DNA from: Candidatus Rokuibacteriota bacterium
GTDB lineage: Bacteria; Methylomirabilota; Methylomirabilia; Rokubacteriales; CSP1-6
Direction: 5' to 3'
Length of the DNA stretch: 16,373 bases
Assembly: GCA_016184305.1 (NCBI GenBank)
Contig: JACPCX010000100.1
Coordinates: 1-16,373 of the forward strand
In this document: in pieces, positions 1 through 7,289 of the stretch
Numbering within the stretch: position 1 is the first letter of the stretch
Layout of the letters: each line of letters starts with the position of its first letter
Notes under the pieces: generated by a model
The model's database searches: none
Told to the model about the DNA's origin: nothing
What the model saw: only the letters and a program-made list of their open reading frames with translations
Translations under genes and position numbers: made by a program

Positions 1-1206
1 AAGATCGGCGACTTCAGCCGGATCCACCCGCTGCCGCAGTCGGGCCAGGACGTGCCAGACGACATGGACGCACGCCTCGTGGTGCTCGGCATCGACCACC
101 CCTACGCCAAGGGAGGGGGCAGTGCCGCCGAGGCGGCGGCCAAGGTCACCTTCGAGTCCCGTGGCAACACCCCCCGCCTCTTCCGCAACACGCTGGCCTT
201 CCTGGCGGTGGACCAGACGCGGCTCCAGGACCTGGACGAGGCGGCGCGCCGCTATCTCGCCTGGGAGTCGATCGTCGCCGAGAGGGACACGCTCGACCTC
301 TCGCCGCACCAGGTGCGGCAGGCGGAGGCGCAGAAGGATGCCGCGGACGGGGTGGTGACGGCCCGGCTGCCCGAGGCCTATCAGTGGCTGCTGGTGCCGG
401 TGCAGGCCTCGCCCCAGGCCAGCGTCGAGTGGCAAGCCTTTCGCCTCACCGGGCAAGACGCGCTGGCGGTGCGGGCCAGCAAGAAGCTGAAGAACGACGA
501 GCTGCTGGTGACCGCGCTGGCCGGCACGCGCCTCCGCATGGAGCTCGACCGCGTCCCGCTGTGGCGCGGGGATCACGTCTCCATCAAGCAGCTCGCCGAG
601 GACTTCGCCCGGTACGTCTACCTGCCGCGGCTCAAGGACACGGCCGTGCTGCTCGGGGCCGTCCGGGACGGTCTCGGCCTGCTCCTGTGGCACCAGGAGT
701 CCTTCGCCTACGCCGATAGCTTCGATGAGACTGCCACGCGGTACCGGGGGCTGCGGGTCGGGCAGCACCAGGTGATCGCTGGTAGCGAAGCCGCAGGGCT
801 CCTCGTGCGGCCCGAGGTCGTGCACCGTCAACTGGAGGCCGAGGCCGGGGCGCCGCCCGGTGGGGGCGAAGGCACGCCCGGGAAGCCATCCGGGGGCGCA
901 CGCCCCGGCAAGGGGGGTGAGGCCACGCCGGGCGGGGGCTCAGGGCCGACCGCGCCCCCGAAGCCTCTTCGGCCCAAGCGCTTTCACGGGACCGTGACCC
1001 TCAATCCCATCCGCGCAGGCCTCGACGCGAGCCGGGTGGCTGACGAGGTGATCGCGCACCTCAGCGGACTTCCCGGCGCCTTGGTGAAGGTCACGCTCGA
1101 GATCGAGGCGGACGTCGCCGGGGGCGTCCCGGAGAACGTGGAGCGCACGGTCACGGAGAATGCGCGGACGCTCAAGTTCACGAGCCAGGGGTTCGAGGTG
1201 GAGTAG
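1..1206 (+). CDS. DUF499-family ATP-binding protein, C-terminal part (5'-partial)
   Basis: Frame is open from base 1 (KIGDFSRIHPLPQSGQDVPDDMDARLVVL). Recognisable DUF499-family segments: RGNTPRLFRNTLAFLAVD, LPEAYQWLLVPVQ, LAEDFARYVYLPRL, a Gly/Pro linker, then the terminal domain RFHGTVTL...VTLEIEA...VTENARTLKFTSQGFEVE. Confidence 0.85.
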   Translation, partial: KIGDFSRIHPLPQSGQDVPDDMDARLVVLGIDHPYAKGGGSAAEAAAKVTFESRGNTPRLFRNTLAFLAVDQTRLQDLDEAARRYLAWESIVAERDTLDLSPHQVRQAEAQKDAADGVVTARLPEAYQWLLVPVQASPQASVEWQAFRLTGQDALAVRASKKLKNDELLVTALAGTRLRMELDRVPLWRGDHVSIKQLAEDFARYVYLPRLKDTAVLLGAVRDGLGLLLWHQESFAYADSFDETATRYRGLRVGQHQVIAGSEAAGLLVRPEVVHRQLEAEAGAPPGGGEGTPGKPSGGARPGKGGEATPGGGSGPTAPPKPLRPKRFHGTVTLNPIRAGLDASRVADEVIAHLSGLPGALVKVTLEIEADVAGGVPENVERTVTENARTLKFTSQGFEVE

Positions 1207-1234
1207 AAGGGGAGGTCAGGGAGGATCGGAAGAA

Positions 1235-1777
1235 ATGGCGGAAGGAGCGTCGCCCACCGTTCCGGCCACGGCCGTTCTTGCCGAGTTGCACGCTCTATGC
1301 GGAACTACGGCAGCCGCGTTCCGCGAGGGGCACCAGATGGTCACGGGCTCTCACGAGCATACCGAGAAGGTGCTCGTCTGGCTCAGCGGACTGATGGGCG
1401 CCGGAATCTTCTCCGTACAGGGTCTGCTCGCCTCCGCCCCCATGACGATGCGTCTGAGCGCCTTCGTGCCGTGGACGCTCGGGATCCTCTGCGGCGTGCT
1501 GGGTCGTCTCCTGGCGGGACAACTTCGGAAGAAGGACGATCAGGAGCACTTCCGGCGCATTTCCACACTGGAGTTGCTCCAACTCGAGAGGGACCCGAAC
1601 CTCATCACGAAGGACCTCCGCCCGATACTCGAATCGGCTACGCCCGCGGCGGACAAGGCGAACCGCCAGCTCCAACGACTGCTCACGGCGACCGATGGCG
1701 TGTTCTACCTCGCGCACGTCTGTCTTGCCGTTGGGGTCGTTGGAGCCGTGACGACCATGATCGTGGTCGGCCGGTAG
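1235..1777 (+). CDS. hypothetical membrane protein, 180 aa, about 3 TM helices
   Basis: ATG at 1235 follows purine-rich GGGAGG/GGAAGAA, 28 nt after the DUF499 stop. Hydrophobic segments: VLVWLSGLMGAGIFSVQGLL, LSAFVPWTLGILCGVLGRLLA, VFYLAHVCLAVGVVGAVTTMIVV. The ORF-track start at 1160 overlaps DUF499 and is unlikely. Confidence 0.7.
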   Translation: MAEGASPTVPATAVLAELHALCGTTAAAFREGHQMVTGSHEHTEKVLVWLSGLMGAGIFSVQGLLASAPMTMRLSAFVPWTLGILCGVLGRLLAGQLRKKDDQEHFRRISTLELLQLERDPNLITKDLRPILESATPAADKANRQLQRLLTATDGVFYLAHVCLAVGVVGAVTTMIVVGR

Positions 1778-1903
1778 CAGGAATGATCGCGAAGACTTAC
1801 GCGCCCCCGGCCAACGGCGACGGAGCTCCTGGGGGCTACCTCGCCCCGACCATACCCCGGGCGGGCGCCTGCTGCCGGAACTACTTCCAGGAGCCCGTGA
1901 ACC

Positions 1904-2230
1904 GTGAAGGGAGGGCATCCTGATCTGAGCTTCGACGCGTACCTCAAGGGACAGGAGAACAACCTGGCGCAGATCAGGCGCCTGCCCGTTTTTCGCGACC
2001 TGGTACTCCCCGTCAAAGAGCTCTACGAGAGGGCGGCCGACCTGGTGCCTCCAGGCACTCCGCCCAGCTTTGGCCGGATCCTTCTTCTGGGCCACAAGAG
2101 CCTGCTCTCTGCGGCCGCCCTCATCGCGCGCGGGCTGCCCGACGACGCTGCCGGCATCACGCGGCGAGCAATCGAGGCGGTCCGCACTGGCCGTGCGATC
2201 AAGCATGATCGAGGCAACCTCGACCGATGG
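1904..2230 (+). pseudogene. N-terminal ~109 codons of a DUF5677/HEPN-like helical protein, 3'-truncated
   Basis: GTG at 1904 with AGGAG at 1889-1893. Protein-like sequence ...HKSLLSAAALIARGLPDDAAGITRRAIEAVRTGRAIKHDRGNLDRW fits the 'Ll..G...dA..l.R..iE......i..d......W' pattern. After W (2228-2230) the frame turns into low-complexity sequence and then antisense of the methyltransferase, with no native stop. Confidence 0.55.
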
Positions 2231-2315
2231 TCACCCGGGACGGTGACAGCGCCGGCCTGCGCCGGTACCCCGGGGCCCCGTCAAGGGCCCGCGGGGGCCA
2301 GGACGCGAGGCCGAT

Positions 2316-2342
2316 GCCGGGCTTCGGGGGCTCGCGCCCGGC
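2316..2342 (-). terminator. GC hairpin just downstream of the methyltransferase stop
   Basis: GCCGGGC (2316-2322) and GCCCGGC (2336-2342) form an inverted repeat 8 nt past the stop at 2351. No U-tract. Confidence 0.35.
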
Positions 2343-2350
2343 GCGTGGCG

Positions 2351-3358
2351 TCAGGCGGGCTTGGTACCGGTGACGCGGATGAGGACGCCCGGGATGAACT
2401 CCTGGGCGGTGACGCCGGTGAAGCCGGCGGCCTCCATGTAGCCGACGCACTCGGTGACGGAGTGGGCGATGCCGGTGCTGCCGTACACGGCCTCGGCCAG
2501 CCCCCACAGCGCGGGGTCCGCGGGGCCCGTCCGCTCGGCGTCGAGCATCTCGCCGATCAGGTGCATCTCGCCGCCCGCCTCGAGGGTGAGCCACGCCTTG
2601 CGGATGACGGGCTGGATGATGTCGCGGCTGTACTGCGGCAGGTTGCTCGCCATGATGACGACGTCGGCGCCGGCCGGCAGGGGGGCCGCGGTGAAGTCGC
2701 CCCCGACGGTGGCGATGCGTTCCGAGAGCCCGTTGGAGGCGATGAACTCCCGCGCGACCTCGGCGACAGGCGGCAGGTCGAAGACCACCGCGCTCAGCTG
2801 CGGGTGCGCCTGGCAGGCGGCGATGCAGTAGCAGCCGGACCCGCCCCCCAGGTCGAGGATGCGCCGCCGCCGCGCGAGGTCCACCTGCCGGACGAAGCGG
2901 CGGCCCGAGCCCATGCCGATGCTGTAGGTCGCCTCGTGGTACTTCCGCGCCTCCTTCACGGTGAAGCCCTCGGCGTACTTGCCGAGGACGGCGGGCGGGC
3001 CCGTGTGCCGGAGATGCTCGGCGAGCCGCCCCCACTCGTCCCACTCGGGCTTGGTGAAGAGCATCCACGGCCCGGCGTAGCCCGGCTCGCCCTCGACGAG
3101 ATAGCGCTGGACGTCGGGGGCGTTGCGGACCCGGTGGCCCTCGCGCACGAGAAGGCCGAGCGCCATGCAGGCCGTCACCAGCCGCTCGGCGTTGGTCGCG
3201 GTGAAGCCGAGCGCCTCGGTGAGCCGCGACAGGGTGTCGGCGCCGCGCGCGACGCGCGTGAAGAGACCCACCTCGACGGCGGCCATCAGCGTCGCCGCCT
3301 CGCGGTAGGAGCGGGAAAGCCGCTGCAGCCTGACGGTGTCGAGCCTCGGATCGGCCAT
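2351..3358 (-). CDS. class I SAM-dependent O-methyltransferase (dimerisation domain + Methyltransf_2 type), 335 aa
   Basis: True start ATG at 3358 (MADPRLDTVRL), preceded by GAGGAG overlapping the end of the SDR gene. N-terminal LMAAVEVGLF dimerisation motif, SAM motif ILDLGGGSG, then VFDLPPV and GGDF. Confidence 0.9.
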   Translation of the reverse strand: MADPRLDTVRLQRLSRSYREAATLMAAVEVGLFTRVARGADTLSRLTEALGFTATNAERLVTACMALGLLVREGHRVRNAPDVQRYLVEGEPGYAGPWMLFTKPEWDEWGRLAEHLRHTGPPAVLGKYAEGFTVKEARKYHEATYSIGMGSGRRFVRQVDLARRRRILDLGGGSGCYCIAACQAHPQLSAVVFDLPPVAEVAREFIASNGLSERIATVGGDFTAAPLPAGADVVIMASNLPQYSRDIIQPVIRKAWLTLEAGGEMHLIGEMLDAERTGPADPALWGLAEAVYGSTGIAHSVTECVGYMEAAGFTGVTAQEFIPGVLIRVTGTKPA

Positions 3359-3360
3359 GG

Positions 3361-4221
3361 TCACTCCTCGATCTTGAAGTAATCCGGCTTGCCCAGCGGC
3401 CAGAAGTCGCCCCAGGCCTGCCACCCCCCGTCCACCGTGAGCACCTCGCCCGTGATGAACTTGCCGGAGGGCGCGGCCAGGTAGACGCAGGCCTCGGCCA
3501 CGTCGTGAACGTCGCCCAGCCGGCGCATCGGGTTGTGGGCGAACGAGGGCCGCGCCGTGCGCGGGTACCGCTCGAGGCCCGGGCTCGCGAACGTGCCGAG
3601 CGCCACGCAGTTGACGCGGATGCCGTGGGGCGCCCACTCGACGCAGAGGCTGCGGGAGAGCGCGATCTGTCCGGCGCGCGCGGCCACCGTGTGCGGGATG
3701 CCGACGCCCACCTGCTTCGGCGGCACCACCATGTTGAGGACGCAGCCCGACTGCTGCCGCTCGATCCAGCGCCGTGCCGCCTCCTGCATCATGTACCAGG
3801 TGCCGGTAAGGTTGGTGTCGATGACGGCGTTCCACCCCTTCGGCGTGATCGAGAGCGAGGGCGCCGCGAACTGCCCGCCCGCGTTGTTGACGAGGACATC
3901 GAGCCGGCCGTGGCGCTCCCACACCGCGTCCATGAGGGCCGCGACCTGGACGGGATCGCGGATCGTCATCGAGCGGGTCAGGCACGAGATGCCGAGGCTC
4001 CCGAGCCAGGCCTCGAGCCCGGCGAGCTTGGCACCGTCGCGCCCGCACGCCACGATGGATGCGCCGAGTCGGCCGAAGAGGCAGCAGGCCGCGCGGCCGA
4101 TCCCGCCCGCCCCGCCGCTGACCAGCACCACCTGGCCCGCGAACAGGCCGTCCCGGAAGACGGTGGGGACCGTCTCCAGCTCCTCGTCGGTGAAACCTGC
4201 GTACGGGTCGCGGTCGCTCAT
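3361..4221 (-). CDS. short-chain dehydrogenase/reductase, PECR/AtuB (trans-2-enoyl-CoA reductase / citronellol dehydrogenase)-like
   Basis: SGGAGGIG nucleotide-binding motif, LVNNAGGQF, WNAVIDTNLTGT, HTVAARAG in place of YxxxK, WAPHGIRVNCVALG, FITGEVLTVDGG. Confidence 0.9.
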   Translation of the reverse strand: MSDRDPYAGFTDEELETVPTVFRDGLFAGQVVLVSGGAGGIGRAACCLFGRLGASIVACGRDGAKLAGLEAWLGSLGISCLTRSMTIRDPVQVAALMDAVWERHGRLDVLVNNAGGQFAAPSLSITPKGWNAVIDTNLTGTWYMMQEAARRWIERQQSGCVLNMVVPPKQVGVGIPHTVAARAGQIALSRSLCVEWAPHGIRVNCVALGTFASPGLERYPRTARPSFAHNPMRRLGDVHDVAEACVYLAAPSGKFITGEVLTVDGGWQAWGDFWPLGKPDYFKIEE

Positions 4222-4259
4222 GTCGCACCCTCGCTCACGTCACCTCTCCCGCTTCCTCG

Positions 4260-4558
4260 TCAGCGGGGCAGCCGGCCCAGGATAGCCTGGGCCTCGTCGA
4301 CCATGGCCGCGATCACGTGCCGCACCGGCCGCACCCCGTCGATGAGACCCGCCGGCTGGCCACAGGCCGCGCTGCCGCTCTCGATGTCGCCCTCTCGCGA
4401 AGGCGAATGGAGAAGGGGAACCCCAACCGCTGGAGCTGGACGGGAAAGGGCTGAATCTCCGCCTCGCGGTTCTCCCACTCGCAGGGGAAGGGGTTGCGGA
4501 TGAGACGGCTCGGGTTGCCGCTGGAGGCGCGCGTGACTACGGTCCCGTCCTCCTCTGA
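4260..4558 (-). pseudogene. nitronate monooxygenase/FabK-family remnant (C-terminal ~100 codons, one frameshift)
   Basis: One frame reads EEDGTVVTRASSGNPSRLIRNPF..EWE...IQPFPVQ. After a 1-nt loss at ~4392-4396 the next frame reads EGDIESGSAACGQPAGLIDGVRPVRHVIAAMVDEAQAIL*. Both are typical NMO C-terminal motifs, and the N-terminal part is absent. Confidence 0.75.
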
Positions 4559-4620
4559 CCATCGCCGCGCACCGAGGTGATGGTGGGCATGGTCCCCACC
4601 GCCACCGCGCCCGGGTCCCG

Positions 4621-4629
4621 TGCTACACT
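4621..4629 (+). promoter_or_regulatory. extended -10 element TG-C-TACACT for the 4693 gene
   Basis: TGnTAnnnT match about 65 nt upstream of ATG 4693. The same TACACT hexamer recurs upstream of msrP and slt. Confidence 0.5.
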
Positions 4630-4692
4630 CCCCCCGGGGACCCACGGCACACGCGACGACATCTCAACACCGAGGCACACTGGAGACCAAGC

Positions 4693-5019
4693 ATGGACGA
4701 CATTGCGCTCGGAGAGGCGCGGCTCCGCATCACCCGCTGGATCGAGGAAGGCACGAGCGTGCTGGGCGTCCTGCCCGGCATGTTCGAGGAGCATGAGCGT
4801 CTGCGGGCCGCGCTCGAGGCCACCGAGCACGAGTCGGCGCGCCTCCGCCAGGAGCTGCTGCTGGCCCAGGGCGAGAACGAGGCGCTGCGGCGCGAGCGCG
4901 AGGAGATCGCGGAGGTGATCGCCGAGAGCGTCAACCGGATCATGAACGAGGCCCTCCAGCGCCTGCGCGCCCCCGTCAGGCCGCGCGATCCCGTCGGCGC
5001 CGAGCCCACGTACTCGTAG
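4693..5019 (+). CDS. hypothetical coiled-coil protein, 108 aa
   Basis: GGAGA RBS at 4682-4686, host-like codon usage, and a long E/R/L heptad-like stretch (EEHERLRAALEATEHESARLRQELLLAQGENEALRREREEIAE). Confidence 0.75.
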   Translation: MDDIALGEARLRITRWIEEGTSVLGVLPGMFEEHERLRAALEATEHESARLRQELLLAQGENEALRREREEIAEVIAESVNRIMNEALQRLRAPVRPRDPVGAEPTYS

Positions 5020-5062
5020 CGCCCGGCGCCCGGCCCGCCCGGCGGGTGTAGGATGGGGGTCC

Positions 5063-6514
5063 ATGCGCGAGCCCGGGGCCATCCTGCTGATCGCGTGCTA
5101 CGAGCTGGGGCATCAGCCGCTCAGCATCGCCTGGCCGGCTGCCGTGCTCGCCGAGCGCGGCTACGCTCCCGCCACGCTGGATGTGTCGGTGGAGCCCTTC
5201 GACCCGGAGCAGGCTGCCCGGGCGCGCCTCGTCGCGATCTCGGTCCCGATGCACACGGCCCTCCGCGTGGGGGTGACGGTGGCCGACCGCGTGCGCGCCG
5301 TGAACCCTGGCTGCCACATCTGCTTCTTCGGCCTCTACGCGAGCCTGAACGCCGACTACCTCCTCGCCCACGGGGTCGACAGCGTCATCGGTGGCGAGTC
5401 CGAGCAGCCGCTGGCGGGTCTGGCCGATGCGCTGACCGGCGGCGAGGATCCCCGCGTGCCCGGCGTCGCCACCGCCCGCGGACCCTCGGGGCCATACATC
5501 AGGCGCCGGCCGCTGCCGCGGCCGAGCCGGGCCTCGCTGCCGGCGCTCAAGCAGTACGCGCGGCTCGAGCGAGCGGGCCGGCGGGAAGTGGTGGGCTATG
5601 TCGAGGCGAGCCGCGGCTGCCTTCACCTCTGCCGCCACTGCCCGATCCCGCCCGTCTACGGCGGCCGTTTCTTCGCCGTTCCCCGGGACACAGTCCTCGC
5701 GGACATCCGCCAGCAGGTCGCCGCGGGCGCCACCCACATCACCTTCGGCGATCCGGATTTCCTCAACGGGCCGGGCCAGGCCCTGGCGGTGGCCCGCGGG
5801 CTGCACGCGGAGTTCCCCACCGTCACCTTCGACTTCACCGCCAAGGTCGAGCACTTGCTGAGACACCGCCGGCTTCTCCCGGAGCTCGCCGTCCTCGGCG
5901 GCATCTTCGTCGTCTCCGCCGTGGAATCGCTGAGCGACACGGTGCTCACCCATCTGGCCAAGGGGCATACGCGGGCCGATGTGACGGAGGCGCTCCGCGC
6001 CGTACGCGAGTCCGGCATCGCCTTCCGGCCCACCTGGGTCGCCTTCACGCCGTGGGCAGCGCTCGAGGACTACGGCGACATGCTCGACTTCGTCGAGCGG
6101 GAGTCGCTGGTGGATCACGTGGACCCGGTGCAGTATTCGCTCCGGCTCCTGGTTCCCCCCGGCTCGCTGCTTCTCGAGAGCCCGGCGCTACGGCCCTTCC
6201 TGGACGGGCTCGTCCAGGAGGACTTCTCGTACCGGTGGACGCACCCGGATCCCCGCATGGAAGCGCTCCACACGGCCATCGCCGCCGGGGTGGCGGAGGC
6301 GGCCGAGCGGGAGGAGGATCCGGCCGTCACCTTCGATCGGGTGCGCGCCCGCTGGGCCGCTGCCGCCGGCCTGTCCCCGGGCCCCAGCCTGGCCGCCGGG
6401 CTCCCGAGCGACCGCGCGCGCCCGCCGCGCATGACCGAGCCCTGGTTCTGCTGAGCGGAGCCCACCCGGGGCCAGTTGGCCCTGACAGGATATTCGGGTA
6501 CAGTGGTGATCTAG
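5063..6514 (+). CDS. B12-binding radical SAM selenoprotein, CUAEP/CCAEP-tail family (Sec at TGA 6452-6454), 483 aa
   Basis: N-terminal cobalamin-binding-like domain (YELGHQPLSIAWP...VAISVPMHTA...FFGLYA) and CxxxCxxC motif SRGCLHLCRHC. Reading through TGA gives RMTEPWFC-U-AEPTRGQLALTGYSGTVVI*, ending at TAG 6512-6514. Confidence 0.88.
6455..6484 (+). promoter_or_regulatory. bacterial SECIS-like hairpin
   Basis: Stem CGGGGCC (6467-6473) / GGCCCTG (6478-6484) with one G-U pair and apical loop AGUU. The loop starts after a 19-nt spacer from the UGA and has GU at loop positions 2-3. Confidence 0.65.
6476..6504 (+). promoter_or_regulatory. candidate sigma70 promoter for nfuA (TTGGCC-N17-TACAGT)
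   Basis: -35-like TTGGCC at 6476-6481, exactly 17 nt spacer, -10-like TACAGT at 6499-6504, then RBS GAGGAGG at 6514-6520. Confidence 0.45.
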
Positions 6515-6525
6515 AGGAGGACCTC

Positions 6526-6804
6526 ATGAGCGACGATCTCAAGGCCAGGGTGCAGGAGCTGATCGAATCGACCATCAACCCCGCTGTGGCCGGCCACGGT
6601 GGGTACGTCGAGCTGATCGACGTCCAGGAGAACAAGGTCTATCTCCAGATGGGCGGCGGCTGCCAGGGCTGTGGCGCGGCCGACATCACGCTGAAGGCCG
6701 GCATCGAGCGGCTGATCAAGGAGGAGCTGCCGGAGGTCGAGGAAGTCCTCGACACGACCGACCACTCCTCCGGCAACAACCCCTACTACACTCCCGGCAA
6801 GTAG
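6526..6804 (+). CDS. nfuA: NfuA/NifU C-terminal-domain Fe-S cluster carrier, 92 aa
   Basis: Strong RBS GAGGAGG. INPAVAGHGGYVELIDV, MGGGCQGC (CxxC), TLKAGIE and DTTDHSSGNNPYY tail. This is the C-terminus of the spurious 5053..6804 ORF. It lacks the N-terminal A-type domain of E. coli NfuA. Confidence 0.9.
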   Translation: MSDDLKARVQELIESTINPAVAGHGGYVELIDVQENKVYLQMGGGCQGCGAADITLKAGIERLIKEELPEVEEVLDTTDHSSGNNPYYTPGK

Positions 6805-6809
6805 TCCCG

Positions 6810-6862
6810 CCCCCTCGCCTTTCTCCGCTCCCCCCACGGGCGGGAGCGGGAAGGGCGAGGGG
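6810..6862. terminator. long hairpin between convergent nfuA and DUF362 remnant
   Basis: CCCCTCGCC / GGCGAGGGG outer stem and CCGCTCCC / GGGAGCGG inner stem, located between stops at 6804 and 6871. Confidence 0.6.
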
Positions 6863-6870
6863 AACCTGTC

Positions 6871-7245
6871 TCAGGCTGTCAGCGCCGGCAGAATCCGGGC
6901 GGCGAGATCCTGCCCGGCGCGGTCATCCGTCACCCGGTGGACGAGTGCCGGCCGGCTCACCCCGGGGCCGAGCTCCACGGCGGGGCAATCTGCGCCTGAG
7001 CGAACACCCGGCCGGCAGACATGGCGCCAGTCGTGACGGAGAACCGTAGCAGCGCCACGCCGACCGCATCCACCGCCACGCGGCCCACGCCCGCGATCAT
7101 CACGCCGGGAGCCACCTTGCCGCCCACCTCCGGCCCGCCGTCCACGAAGGCCTCGAGCCCGTCCCAGCAGCACGAGCGCCGGACGGGAGAGCCGCTTGAT
7201 CTCGGCGATCATCTGCCGCTGGGCGGACGCGGGTCCAGCTCGCCA
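6871..7245 (-). pseudogene. DUF362-family protein remnant (C-terminal part, at least two frameshifts)
   Basis: Stitched frames read QRQMIAEIKRLSRPALVLL / DGLEAFVDGGPEVGGKVAPGVMIAGVGRVAVDAVGVALLR...GRVFAQAQIA / AVELGPGVSRP...ILPALTA*. There is a +1 G at 7163-7165 and a -1 at ~6981-6985. The 5' part is missing. Confidence 0.7.
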
Positions 7246-7289
7246 TCGCCTGGAAGCCAGCCCTCACCCGGTCGCGGCGGCCGCGCGCG

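Noticed and set aside
1783..1923. 46-codon ORF MIAKTYAPP...GRAS between island genes
   Set aside because: No recognisable motif, no good RBS spacing and atypical composition; unsupported.
2230..3382. C-terminal ~380 aa of the 492-aa ORF 1904..3382
   Set aside because: Antisense shadow of the methyltransferase. Only the first ~109 codons look like a real protein.
3359..4228. N-terminal extension of the 625-aa ORF 2351..4228 (apparent large fusion)
   Set aside because: Arg/Gly/Pro-rich off-frame read of the SDR gene. The real start is ATG 3358 with its own RBS.
5020..5045. Short CGCCCGG repeats upstream of the radical SAM gene
   Set aside because: Low-complexity GC sequence, irregular spacing, not distinguishable from chance.
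5053..6525. 583-aa ORF suggesting a long NfuA fusion
   Set aside because: Off-frame overlap with the radical SAM gene. nfuA has its own RBS and ATG at 6526.
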